Below, in pieces: positions 1 through 15,810 of a DNA stretch of 64,000 nucleotides (the first letter of the stretch is position 1; each line of letters opens with the position of its first letter). The translations under genes and the position numbers were made by a program. Below the pieces are notes generated by a model, which saw only the letters and a program-made list of their open reading frames with translations, did not search any database and was not told the DNA's origin. The stretch comes from the human T2T-CHM13v2.0 reference genome, Homo sapiens: assembly GCF_009914755.1 (NCBI RefSeq), contig NC_060935.1, one strand, 5' to 3'.

Positions 1-184
1 AAATTATATTGATAAGCCTATGAAATTTCAGCCTCTTAGAGGAGGAATCCTAAGTGGGATCTAAGCCTCCATTCTTACCCTGCCTATATCCTTCATGCTG
101 CTGGATCATCTTTCTTTTGTGTTTAAAAGCTGTCTTTGACTTCCCATTTAAGCTTGTTGCAGGATAAGAGCTGGGACTCAGGAG

Positions 185-790
185 AGAGATAGAGGCTTGG
201 CTCTTACCACTTATTAGCTATGTGATCTGAATCCATTTATATAAACTTTTCAGTTTCTTATGGTTTCTGTCTTAGTCTGTTTTGCATTGCTATAACATAA
301 TACCACGCACTGGGTAGTTTATAAAGAAAAAAATAATTTCTCACAGTTCTGGAGGCTGGAAAATCCAATGTCTAGACGCTGGCACCTGGTGAGGGTCTTC
401 TTGCTGCAACATCTCATGGCAGAAGGCAGAAAGGCAACAAAGCATGCACATGAGAGAGGAAAGAGGCGGAAGTAATTTTTTTGTAAGGAACCCACTCCTG
501 TGCCAACTAACCCACTCCCATGATAACAGCATTCACCCAATTACAAGGGCAGAGACCTCATGAACTAATCACCTATTCAAGGTCTCAACTCTCAACATAG
601 TTGCATAATGAATTGTTTCCAACACACAAACTTTGGAGGAAACGTTCAAACCATCGCAGTTTCTAAGCTCATTTGTCATTTTAATAAGTATTTTCTTCTT
701 GTAGACTTGGTGTGGGGATTAAATTAAATAATGTATATAAAGCACATAACAAAGTGTCTGAAAAACAGTAAGTGTGCAATGAATGTTCAA
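185..790 (+). mobile_element. MIR SINE, split by an MST LTR
   Basis: MIR core-like 'ggctcttaccacttattagctatgtgatct' before 267 and MIR 3' part 'ggattaaattaaataatgtatataaagcac...aatgaatgtt' after 664. Confidence 0.7.
268..658 (-). mobile_element. MaLR solo LTR (MSTC/MSTD-like)
   Basis: TG...CA ends; 'ctcacagttctggaggctggaaaatccaa' MaLR motif; perfect 5-bp TSD GTTTC (263-267, 659-663). Confidence 0.9.
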
Positions 791-1184
791 CATTATTGTC
801 ATTTAATGAACTTGTCCTTCTCTCTGCAGCCTTTCCTCTCATCCTTTCCCCAAATGACCCCTACTACTGACTATACCAAATTACTTGTAGAATTAACATA
901 CAGAGTCCCTCATGCCCTATATATTGCCATAGAATCACATGGGGGGGGACAATTGATACCATTAATTTAGTTAATTGAATCAGTTACTTGATAAACAACA
1001 GTAAGCAAAGATTAATGAGGTACAGTAAATTTTCGGACATGGCAAGATGCTCTTTGTCAGCATCTAAAACTAGAATATACTCATGGAATAATAATTTCTC
1101 CTTCTTGAAGCTTGAGTAGGAAAGAGCATATTTCAGAAGACAATAAACTGGTGAGATATAATTAATTTTAAATATTCTAGGACC

Positions 1185-1540
1185 TTGCTCTTCAAAGTGT
1201 AGTCCCTGAAACTACAATATCTACTTCTCATAGAGGCTTATTAGAAATCACAATTTCATGTCTCACCCTAAATCTACTGAATTTAATCTGCATTTTAACA
1301 TGATATTCAAGTGATTAATACAACATTAAAGATTGAGAAGAAATACTGTCTGGGACAGTGGTTGCCAAACTTGGCCACACAGTAGAATCAATTGAGCAGC
1401 TCATAAACACAACACACACGATTTTCAGGATCCAAACTCAGAGGCTCTACTTTAATTGAGAAGAGTTTAAGGATAGGTATTGTTTAAAGCTTTTCAGGTA
1501 ATTCTAAAGTATAGCTGTGGTTGAGAATCAGCGCTGGGAA
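1185..1540. mobile_element. Two adjacent MER5-type hAT-Charlie MITEs
   Basis: 'ttcaaagtgtagtccc...atctgcattttaaca...ttgagaa' and 'cagtggttgccaaactt...ggttgagaatcagcgctg' resemble MER5A/B with degenerate terminal inverted repeats. Confidence 0.65.
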
Positions 1541-1839
1541 CGTATAGCTATATCATGCAGCAATAGAACCCCAGTATTTCCCTAGAGCACTTTATGCATA
1601 GACCCAATAATTTATGGACCCTCTCACCACATTCTATCCCCACATGACAGGAGTTATGAACAAAGAGACATGGCCACTCTTCTGCAGAGCAACAGTAACT
1701 AAAAAGAAAAAAGAAAAACCTTGGAAATTTAATTAAAATTGATAATTTTAGGAGATACTAGATGAGATGGAGGAAGACTAAATATGTATAAATTTTGTAG
1801 GAAAAAAGTGACTGATCTAGAGAAAATGAAAACATACAG

Positions 1840-2201
1840 TGCAATGGACTGAACGTTTGTGTCTTCTTAAAATTCATATGTGGAAGCCCTACTCCCAGTG
1901 CGATGGCATTTAGGAGGAGGTGTCTTTGGAAAGTAATTAGGTAATAAGAGTTGAGCCCTCATTAATGGAATTAGTGTCTTTATAGGAAAAGACCAGAATG
2001 CTAACTAGCTCTGCTTCGACCACATGAGGATACATGAGAAGTTAGTCATCTGCAAACTGAATGAGAACCCTCACCAGAAGCCAGCAATGCTGGCAGCCTG
2101 ATGGGACTGCCACTTCCAGAACTGTGAGAAATAAATTTCTATCATTTACAACACACTAAGTCAATGATACTTTGTTGTAGTAATCTAGACTGACTGAGAC
2201 A
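1840..2201 (+). mobile_element. MaLR solo LTR (MLT1A/MLT1A0-like)
   Basis: 'tgcaatggactgaacgtttgtgtc...ttccagaactgtgagaaataaatttct...ctgactgagaca'. Confidence 0.85.
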
Positions 2202-3197
2202 TGTGGACATTTGATAGCAAAAAAAGATCTAAAGACTGCAGGGTATGGAGAAGGGATCAGAAACTTGGAGAATGAGGAAGGTGTACTGGGACCCTCAAAA
2301 TGAGGCCTAGACATTGAGGCCTTTCCTCTAATGGGGTAAAAAGAAGTGAGATATTTGACTTCCTGTCTATCTATTTGTCTCAATTCTCCTTGCTTTCACC
2401 TGCCATGCCACCCAGCAGATACTTGGAGATAATTATTTGAATATCTTAAGAACCTTCACCAAAATCTGGTATTTTATAAAAAGATAGGTGAAATGGTATC
2501 TGCACTAGAGAATAGTATTTCTTTGTTTGCACCACAGACTGGAAGCCGCTGCTGTGTTTGCTATCTGGAGACACCAGCAGGAGAAACCATAAAGCTTATC
2601 TCCAGACTCACCCCATCCCACTGGAAATTCAACCAAAGTTTCATTCCCTATCAAACAGGGAAAAAAGTCTCATAAAGGTTTCATGTGTTCCATGTAAGCA
2701 CCATATATAACAAATCTCAAACCTTTTCTTAAATTGGAGAATGTTTCAAAAGCAATAAAACTTTAATTAACTATTTTATCTCCTTCCAGGGAGCAAACCA
2801 AAAGGCCCAGAACTGCTTTTCATTATTTATTGTAATTCTTGTGTGGAAATCATCTTGCATATTTCTTTCTTTCACTAGATTTTTTAGATTATTTACTATC
2901 ATTTAGCATTATAAAAAATGTCACTGTGTGTTATTACTAATAGTTGCAGACTAAATTCACGTTTAATTTTCTATAAGCTAATTATTCTTAAAACCAACCT
3001 TTTCTCAGATTTTATCCCCCTTGTTCTCTACTATATTTAACAGCATTAATCAGCCCATCCTTGAAGCTCTCCTCCCTTGATTTTTGTGACACGTCTTGTT
3101 TCCTTCAAATGTGTTAGTATCACATAAAACACTTTTTATGTATTATAGAGTGCTGCTTTTTCAAACTTGTTTAAAGACAATCCATAACAATAAGTAC

Positions 3198-5660
<2,463 letters not shown>

Positions 5661-5889
5661 ATTTTAATTTTTAATCCAATGATTCTCTTACACACACACA
5701 CTCACACACATATATACAATCACTATAAAAAAGTGTTACAAAAATACTTATTTTTACCATGAGTAACGCATTCTACTTTTCTTTTCCAGATCTTTCTTAT
5801 TAAAATGTTATCTGTTCCTCATTAAACTGCAAAGTTAATTTCTCAAGAAAAAGGCATAACCTGTAGTTTTAAAAACACTAACTTTATAA

Positions 5890-6045
5890 TACATTTCTGA
5901 AGGAAGTACTGTTTGTTATATTTTACACAAAAGGAAACTGAAACTGAGAAGAATCATGTAACTGTTGAATTCCAATGTCAGATCTGGGACTTGAATTCAG
6001 TTCTCATAGACACCGAAATCCATATTTTTATCTGCTGTACTATCT
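5890..6045 (-). mobile_element. MIR fragment
   Basis: 'attttacacaaaaggaaactgaaactgaga...tgggacttgaattcag'. Confidence 0.6.
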
Positions 6046-6863
6046 TGTGTCAATCATTGATCATTTACGTCTCATTTTAATTTAGCCTTTTCAGAGGAAC
6101 TTATCAAGCTCCTTTAATTCTTTTGGTAGTTTATCTTTCTGTCTCTTTTCATCTCTATTATGGAAACCTTATAATTCATTGCCTCACATTTAGACTATTA
6201 CAACAGATTCTTCCTTTCTTCAGATCTGCCCACTCCCATTTGTCCCCTAGGTAAGTTACCATCTAGATCAAAGAGAAAGAACACTTCCTCAGTTACATTT
6301 ATTTATGTTCTTTCAGTCCCAGGCACAGGTCTGAACACAGAATATCAGCTTAATAACTACTTAAAAGTTGTTCTCTTGAGTTCATTGGATTTAGTTCAGT
6401 CTTTAGATCAAAGTCTGCAGAATCTAGACATTCCATCAGATTTACTGGGAATAAACTGAAAGAAATTTAGTATCTGATCACACAGTAAGAATTTTGCTGA
6501 GAAGTAGTGAGACTGTAGGACAAACTTTATCAAGTAACTTACTGTTGAGTCAAAATCAGAGCGGAATTCTCAAGACTCACATGTGTTTATTACACATCTT
6601 ACTATTATTCCAATACCAGTTAGGCATGAGATTATGCCCCAAAATTATCATCAGTAATAACATTTTCATTCAAGTCAAGCAGTAAGAAATTCTTGAAGCA
6701 ATGTGCTTGGTTTTAATCCCAGCTGAAAGATACCTCCTGCCACTCACCCCAGAGAAAACCAGGCTAGTTAACCTGCCCCATCTCTATCCCACAGTGTTTT
6801 ACCCCACACAGGGTCCTAGTCAGAATTCCAACACAGACAAGAGAACCAATATAAAAACAGGGC

Positions 6864-7229
6864 TGATATGGTTTGGCTGTGTCCCCACCCAAATCTCATC
6901 TCCAGCTGTAATCCAAATTGTAATCCCTACATGTCAAGGGCAGGGTAGGGGTTGTCCTGGTGGGAGGTGATTGGATCGTGGGGACAGTTTCCCCATGCCA
7001 TTCTCATGATGGTGAGTGATTTCTCACAGGATCTGGTTGTTTGATAAGTTTCTGGCAGTTTCCCCTGCCTCACTCTCTCTCCTGCTGTCTTGCTTCCCCT
7101 TCTGCTATTATTGTAAGTTTCCTGAGGCCTTCCCAGCCATGTGGAACTGTGAGTCAATTAAACCTCTTTTCTTTATAAATTACCCAGTTTCAGGTATTCT
7201 TTATAGCAGTGTGAAAACAAACTAATACA
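6864..7229 (+). mobile_element. THE1 solo LTR (THE1C/D)
   Basis: 'tgatatggtttggctgtgtccccacccaaatctc...actaataca'; TSD AGGGC/AAGGC. Confidence 0.93.
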
Positions 7230-7304
7230 AAGGCTATTTACAGCAGAGGAAATCTGCATTAGCAATATTGGTGATAAAATAATCTCTCAATCTAGAAATC
7301 TTTC

Positions 7305-7900
7305 CTATAAAAGTAGTAGAGAGACAAAAAAAAATTCATTATTGAATAAGAATTAATCTAGAATGTGAGCATATCACAGGCAATCCACAAAGAGATTGCA
7401 AAGACAGAAAGAAATTTTATATAGCCAAGCAGATACAGCCCATTACACACATATTATCAAGATAAATAATAACTAGTCTTCGAGTAAGAGGGCTTGACAG
7501 CACCATTTTATCTTTACCAGATAACTGGGGTGACCATTTATTTTAGCTAACTGGAATTGGCTTTACTTAGAAGAGAAACAAACATCTTTTTTTTTTTTTT
7601 TTAATGACAAGAGGTAGTTTTGCCACTTGGAGGGAAGTGCCTACCCAAGTTAGACTCCTATCCGCTCACGGAAACTGGCAGGCAGGGTACTAACTCCTTT
7701 GATGTTTACATTTCAAAGAGACAGCTTCCAGGTCCTTGAGAAAGATATTCCTGGATGATTAAGCTGAAAAAAGTCTTTCCTAGGTTTCAAAAGGATGTAT
7801 TTTTTTTTTCAGAAATAGTATCAAGTATGTATAATTACAAGTTTTCTAAAGTAAATGCTCAAAATAAAAGGGGGGGAGGGGAATCTCTTATTTTCATAAA
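7305..7900 (-). mobile_element. ERV1 solo LTR (MER34/MER39-like)
   Basis: 'gtttacatttcaaagagacagcttccaggtccttgagaaagatattcctgg' and 'ataactggggtgaccat' motifs. Confidence 0.65.
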
Positions 7901-8909
7901 ACATGGATCTAGCGTTTTAAAATTGCATTTTATTTATTTTTCTAAATGGCTGTAAAACTGTGGTCCTACCACTATTGAAAAATTCTTTTCACCATGATCT
8001 GAAATTCCACATTTATCATAAACTACCTTCACATATGTATTTTTGAGTTTTATATTCCATCCTAGCTCTATCAAATTCATTGATAAACCAATAATATTTT
8101 TTAAATTTCAGCTGCATAATATGCTTTAATATTTTAGAATGCTATTCTTTCTCATTATTCTTCTCTTACTGAAGATTCCCAGATATTCTGAGATCTTTTA
8201 TTTTCACATAATTCATTTAAAAGCAACTTGCCTAGATCCAACAATCCCCAGAATTTTAGATATCTGTATCTAAATAGATATTCAGGTATAGTTATAAATA
8301 TCTTGGAAGGAGGCATGCAAGAGACTTCTAGATATTACCTAATTCGGTATCTCATCTTTAGGGTGGATTAAATATCTTTCTAAATCTATGACCCTCAGTT
8401 GTATTCTTAATGATTCCTAAGAGTACATGGTAGATGTTGACATTTAGTTAGCAATCGGTAGAAAGGCTTTTACAGATTACATTTTTAAAAACCAATCTGA
8501 TGTATTTTTAGAGGGCTGTAATTAGAAGGCATAAATACACAAATGATCAAAGTTATCAAGTTATCAATTTACTGAAATCAAACTTTATGCTTTATTATTC
8601 ATCTGGGTCTGCTGTCCATTTAAATTTAGTGAAAAAAAAATCCAAATTAAAATAATTTGATGAGAAATACTACAGAATAACTAGTATACTTTTAATGTAA
8701 GCATATAGAGTTTTAAAAATTTATCTTTTTAAAAATTAAAATGGCATGTACATGATTTTAGAAGCTTAATAGTGGTACAAGACTTATAATAGTTTCCTGC
8801 CCCAGTTCTCCTTACCCTTAGGCACTTTCCCCAGAGGTAATTAATTCCATTCTCTTTGCTGGTTCTGCTGGAATTCACTTCCAGAGTTGTTAAAAAAAAA
8901 AATGCTTTT

Positions 8910-9229
<320 letters not shown>

Positions 9230-9989
9230 TTATTTATCCTGTTATTAATTTATCCTCTTATTGTTATATAACACTTCATAAACGAAATGATACTTGAATT
9301 GAATTTTGAAAGATGAGGCCTTCTCCAGGTCTTCAGTGGGAATTTGGGACGGGAAAGGCAGGCTAAGTGTAAGGAGCAATATGAACAGAGGCACAAACAG
9401 AAGTACCATGGACACCATTTGAAACTCCTATAGTAATCTCCAAATGCAACACTTAAATTATTGATCAATCAGGAACCATGTATGTGTAAGCAGAGAAAGG
9501 AGAGAGCCGATATGTATTATATGATATTTAATAGCTAGTAAAATCTGCAAATAAATATATGCAGGGTATATACAGGAACTGTTCTGGCACTTCCTCATTG
9601 TTGGTTTATTCATTCAAACCTTTAGCTCAACAAAAGAATGTTTAAACAATGACATGGAAACAAAAAGTAAACTAGCATTGTTTGCTAATTTATAGGACTT
9701 AACAAACAGTTTGTGTGCTAAAAAAACCTTTGTGAAGATATCTGCTGCATTGAAATACAGACAATTTGGCCAAGAACAGGGTAGACAGCAAGAGCTTACA
9801 TCTCTAATCAACTAATTGTTGCCCTGGCTTACTTGGGATCTAGCATCTACCCTACAACATAGTAAACCATAATAAATATTTATTAATTGAATAAATAAAT
9901 GATCATATGGGCAAATAAGTATAATCACAGCCCTAAACCAAAGGAAACATAATAGAGGTTCTGGGAAGAAGGCATAAGGAGAAAAAAAA

Positions 9990-10268
9990 TTCTAGCACAA
10001 GGCGAGTGGATTACCTGAACTCAGGAGTTCGAGACCAGCCTGGCCAACATGGCGAAACCTCATCTCTACTAAAAATACAAAAATTAGCTGGGCATGGTGG
10101 CATGTGCCTGTAATCTCAGCTACTCAGGAGGCTTAGGCAGGAGAATGGCTTGAACCTGGGAGGCAGAGATTGCAGTGAACTGAGATCACACCACTTCATT
10201 CCAGCCTGGGTGAAAGGGTGAAACTCCATCAAGGGGAAGGGAGGGGAAGGGAGGGGAGGGGAGGGGGA
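9990..10268 (+). mobile_element. AluS with 5' deletion and GGGA-rich tail
   Basis: Alu body 10000-10230; tail 'aaggggaagggaggggaagggagggg...'. Confidence 0.92.
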
Positions 10269-12789
10269 AACCTACATCTTCAGGAGTAATAGCAACACTA
10301 CAAATCCATGGGGAGTTATTTGAAGAAACATACCCTAATTTGGGAAGAGGCAAGTCAAAGAAAGTAATTAAAACTATTCACTAAAAGAAATGGGAGGGTT
10401 ACCTCAATTCAGGGGAACGGTAATTAGTAGGATTAACCATAGAGATATATAGTGAGCTCTCTATTCATATATGTTAAGCCTTGAATACAGGTCAACTTCT
10501 ATCTCTGAGGGATGAATAATGAATGCTGTAAACTCTAACAAGTTTGGATCTGAAATATGAAATCTCTTGGCACCATTATGAGATGGGGTGGAGGAGCCAA
10601 TCCTGCAACAATGGTCTGGGCAGAAGTTCATGCAAATATGCATGATGTTTTAATGAAAATGTGATGTTGCCAATGCTAACTTCACACGTGCAGTCATATT
10701 ACCATGACAACCAGTAGCTCTCTAGAGTTCAAATATGGAGTAATGACTTGCTTATGCCTGAACATTTAACTTAACAGTTTTTCATGCTGCTAACAATGAT
10801 TAAATTGAAAAAGAACTCTGAGCCAAATCTGACAGATATGGGAAAAATTCATTTCTGAAAGCAATATCTAAAATAATTGCTGGCTACATTTGCTTCCTAA
10901 TTCTGAGAAAAAAAATCCCAAACTGTGTGGCAATACAAAAGCCTTGCTTATGAGTTTTTGGGTGGTGAATGCTAGAATTATTAAGTGAAGATGATTTTGC
11001 AGCATGAACTTGAACAATAATTACAACCAGGGCAGTATTTGAAACACTTCACTGACAACTACTCCGGAAAAGGAGAAGTTTTTCCTCCGGGAAAGGAGGG
11101 ACCCAAGCCAGGTCAATTAATTACATCTCTAAAGAAATCTTTTCTCCTGGAAGACTTCTTGTTTTTAATTCATGCCACATCACTGGCACACTGCTGAGTA
11201 GTAAATCACACCCTTTAAACACTTATCATGTTCCTGGTCCCTTGACTGCCTTCTGTTGACTTTTTAAACATAAACAACTGCCAGGTACTGACATAATTTA
11301 AGGAACAAGAGAAAAACAGGTTTTACTTGTTTGTTTTTTTACAGCTGAGACTGAGCAGGTTTATTGGCACATGGAGAAAGGTAGCAGTATTTCATGCTCC
11401 CTAAACTTAGTCTCCATTAGCACTTACTCAGGATACCTCATAAAACAAAATATACTTTACGATTAATTACATGGGATGGGGGTTACATGGGGTAGAGCAA
11501 TGAGAACAGGGTAAATGACTCTCTGTTATCTATTCAGGGTCTGAAACAAAGATACTTGTAGAAAATTAAAGTTGAACTAACTTGTCTCCAAGGGCAAGGA
11601 AATCCAACTTGATAGTGGTGTCAGGGAGACAGGAAAGAGAAGAAAAGGAGGAGAGATTTTTGGGAAGGAAACTGACATTTGTGACAGGGTTAAGTTTTCA
11701 AATACAGCTCAGTGTTTTAATATAAGATCTTGTTTAATCTTTACCTCAGCCCCAGGACCCAGAATGATTGTACAGATCTCTTGCTTCCTGCATTTGGAGG
11801 CCAGTAGTCTTGTACCCTGAGTATGAGCACCAGAAACAAGAAACTATCTTTTTACTTATGCAAAAGAGTCATTTTCTTGCCAAGCCATTAGCTAGAGGGA
11901 CTGCATTAGCTCAGAGTCGATGCCCTTTACTAATTCATGCAAAACTTCCTTAAACTTTAGTGGTGGTCTCCTTTCTCCAACATGTTTGTACTGTTACCCC
12001 AATTTAAGACATAAAGAAACCAACTGCAGAAAGATTAATTACATAACTGAAAGTCATTTAATAAACTAAGAGTTAATTTTAATATCTCAGTATGTCTACT
12101 TTCAAGACTCTTACTCTTACCATTTGGCCATGCTTGATAAGTCTGGGCCTTCGGTAACCAAGTCTCTGGATGGAATGAACTGCTTCCTAACTACAGCTGA
12201 TGCTGCCCATATATAGGTGTTTAATTAAAGCCTGGAAGCCAAGACTAGTGCCCACCTCTTCTGTCCCTAGATTATTTCCCAGGCTTAGTAGTACCCCAGA
12301 ATACTTCAAATATGTTGACCTATCCTCCCATTGAAGGCATTTATTATTTTCATTTCTACATTGAGCCCATCTTTATCTCATGTAGCTCCTTACAGTGAGG
12401 TCACCCAAGGATTCGTTGGCACAAATGGTAAGTCGGTAACTATGCCATAGGCCAGTTTGCATTCCTTTCTTCAATTGTCAGATTCTTTTATTAGAATAAA
12501 TTTACTACATTCTAGGAACCTCTCACTGGGTATACGCCATACACATCTCTCTTTACTTCAGTTGTCCCATGCATCTGATTATTAATGTTTACCATCACAA
12601 ATCATAAGTGCAAAGAGGCAGGAAAAATAGATACCAAGGAATTAACACTCTCAATTTTCACCTAAATTTAATTACACATCTTAGCAGGTAACTGGAAACT
12701 CAGTGCCTTTTGGCCATGCTTTAACTTTGCCTGATCACCAAACTTAACATACTATCTCATAATTTTGATTTTCCATTTGATCCTCAAAT

Positions 12790-13600
12790 GCATCATAAAT
12801 ATTTAACAAATATTTATTAAGTGCCTGTCATATGCTAAATGCTGTATTTCTGTGCTAGAAATAAGCAGAAATAAAAAAATCATGGGTCCTGCTCTCAAGA
12901 AACTTAATTTAGTGAGAAAAACAGATATTCAATAAATGCATGTATAACTGCACAATTACAAAAAAGAGTTTCAAGAAGAATAGAAAAAGGAATTCAGAAA
13001 GAGAATAATGAGAGGAAGGAGTCTATTTTAAATGGATGCTATGGAAAGCTGGTCTGAGGAGATGAAGATGAGGCCTAAAGGAAGTACGAGAATTAACCAG
13101 TATATCTGGTAAATATTTAACAGCTGCTTTTCCAAGGATAAAAAAAGACCTGATTTGTACTGGTAGCTGATTTCTGTATTATAAATATATCCACTCTGTG
13201 GCCAATTTCAAACTACCAAGGTGAGGTCACTGAATATGGATTTAGGGAGACATATGAATACAAGTATTTTATATTTCTGCTATGTAAATATAATAGATGC
13301 AAATAATCTAAAGAGTATAGATAGATAATAATCAAATGTAGCAAAATAGCTAGAAATGGATGAGTTTTTAGAATGTATTACCATTGCTTTAAATGTAATT
13401 AATTATGTTTATATATTTAATTTTTAATAATTGCTGTGTTTGGCAACTGGCTTCTGATAATTTAACAATTGACCCTCAGGAGCTGGTGTGAGATGGCTCC
13501 AGTACAACACCAGAACTTGAGCAAAGAGTGGGCAGAAAAGTAATGCAGACAGAGGAGACAATACATGAGAAGTCTCTGAATTGAGAAAAAGCTTGATACG
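12790..13600 (-). mobile_element. L2 fragment, split by a MER63-type element
   Basis: 'atttaacaaatatttattaagtgcc...cctgctctcaagaaactta' L2 3' end; resumes after about 13514. Confidence 0.7.
13098..13513. mobile_element. MER63-type hAT (Blackjack) MITE
   Basis: 'ccagtatatctggtaaatatttaacagctg...gccaatttcaaactacc...ggctccagtacaacacc'. Confidence 0.7.
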
Positions 13601-14162
13601 TTAAACCCATTATTAGCAATCCCATCATGCTGATGCTCTCCATCTGCTATGGGTTGCATTGTGTCCTGCAGAAATATATGTTGAAGTCCTATACCCTGGC
13701 ATCTATGAATGTGACCTCATTTGGAAGTTGGGTCTTTGCAGGTATAATCGAGTTAAGATGAGGTCAGTTAGGGATTGCTCAAATCCAGTATGACTGTTGT
13801 CTTCATAAGAAAAGAGAAATTTGGACACAGACACACACACACACGTACATAAAAGATGAACACATGAAGATAAAAACACACAGGGAGAATGCCATGTGAT
13901 GACAGAGACAGAGATTGGAGCGATGCATTTGTAACCCAAGGAATGCCAAGGATCAATGACCTCCGTCAGAAGCTAGGAAGAGACAAGGAAGATTTTCTCC
14001 TACAGGTTTCACAGGGAGCATGGCCCTCCCAATATCTTGATTTTGGGCCTTTGATTCTGGCACCTTTGATTTTTTAGCCCCCAGAACTGTGAAACAAACA
14101 AAAATTCTGTAGTTTTACGTGAGTTTTATGTCTGTAGTTTTGTGGTATTTTGTGACAGCAAT

Positions 14163-14669
14163 TGTGATGGTTAATTTTAGATGTCAACTTGACTGGATTA
14201 AGGAGTACTTAGAGAACTGATAAAGCATTATTTCCATGAGGTATGTCTGTGAGGGTGTTTCTGAGGAGATTGGTTCATGAATTGTGAGTTGGTTGACTGA
14301 ATGGGGAAAGATCTGCCCTCAATGTGTGTGGTTAACATCCAAATGGCTGTGGACCCAGGTAGAACAAAAAGCGAGAAGAAAGGCAAATTTGCTCTCCTTC
14401 TTTCTCTCTCTCTTCTGGAGCTGGGACACCCTTCTTCTCCTGCCTTTGGACATCAGAACTCTAAGCTCTCTGGCCTTTGGACTCCAGAACTTACACCAGC
14501 AACTCCCTGAGTTCTCAGGCCTTTAGCCTCAGATTGAGTTACACCATTTGTTTACCTTGTTCTGAGGTTTTCAGAGTTGGACTAAGCGATGCTATCAGCA
14601 TTTCAGTGTTTTCAGGTTGCAGAAAGCCTGTCATGGGAGCTAATTCCCCTAAAAAATTCCCATCTCATC

Positions 14670-14736
<67 letters not shown>

Positions 14737-14767
14737 CATATACATACACACACACATACACATATAT

Positions 14768-14828
<61 letters not shown>

Positions 14829-14860
14829 TATCAGTTCTATCTCCCTGAAGAACCCTAACA
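14163..14860 (+). mobile_element. MLT2 (ERVL) solo LTR, MLT2A2/B-type
   Basis: 'tgtgatggttaattttagatgtcaacttgactggattaagg' start; CAGCA present on both flanks. Confidence 0.9.
14673..14826. repeat. Compound microsatellite (TC)n(TA)n(CA)n(TA)n
   Basis: Directly visible, inside the MLT2 LTR. Confidence 0.98.
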
Positions 14861-15371
14861 CAGCAGCTCTAGGAAACGAATACACCACCTCTCTTTCAAA
14901 GTTTGTTCTAGCCTATCCATAGTATCTCTTATGGTAATTCCATAAAGGATTACAATACATTTAATCAGTAGGCAAATATATAATGATAAGCCTGTAATTC
15001 TTCAATATATAAGCAGAAGGTGGAAGAAAGCTAAGGGATATAAGGCAGATGAAGTGCAACCCAGCAGGTAAATTGCTAGGAAACATAGATTCCATCCAAA
15101 TATAACAAATCACCATTTGGTCAGAAAATTATTCTTCTATCCATTAGCTAGCTGACCTTGAACAATCTATACAACTGTCTGCAACATCTATCTTACAGCG
15201 CTGCTGTGATGACTGGAGCTAATTTATATGTCAAAGCATAGGTTTGTAAAAATAGTACTAAAATGACAGTGATAATAATTGCTAATGTTAAGTTATATTC
15301 AGCAAGTTGTTGTATTTCTCTAGACTTTAATTTCCTCATGTGGAATTCTTTTCACCACATTTTATAGGAAT

Positions 15372-15810
15372 ATTATTTACTAATTCATTCAACAAATATC
15401 ACCTAGGCATCTACACTGTGCCAGACACTGTTGTTGGTGCCGGGGACATACAACAGTGAACAAAACAAAATTCTTGCTCTTGAGGTGCTTCCTTTCTCGT
15501 GGGGGAGGCTGGCCGCAAACAAGCAAATCCATAGAATGTCAGATGGCAATAAATACTGTGGAAAAAAGGGGAGCAGAATTGGAAAAACAGAATTGGAGGT
15601 GGTGGGAAATTGAGCAGCGGCCTTTGCTATGTTATATACTGCAGTCAGAAGCAAGGTGATTTCAGAGATCATACATGAATATGCCCTGTAGATGTTTGAG
15701 GAAAGTACATCCCAGGGAAAGGGAACAGCAAGTACAAATGCTGTGAGCTGAGGCAATGCCTGTTTTGTTAGATAAACAGCAATAGGGTAAGTGTTACTGA
15801 GATCAGAGTT
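15372..15810 (-). mobile_element. L2a 3' fragment
   Basis: 'ttcattcaacaaatat...tgtgccagacactgtt...acagtgaacaaaacaaa'. Confidence 0.8.

Larger units (their letters stand above)
13645..14884 (+). mobile_element. MLT1C-like MaLR LTR, split by an MLT2 LTR
   Basis: 'tgctatgggttgcattgtgtcc' start; end 'ctaggaaacgaataca'; TSD CCATC/CCACC. Confidence 0.88.

Noticed and set aside
14477-14858. ORFs with SL/IY repeats
   Set aside because: Translation of (TC)n/(TA)n microsatellites
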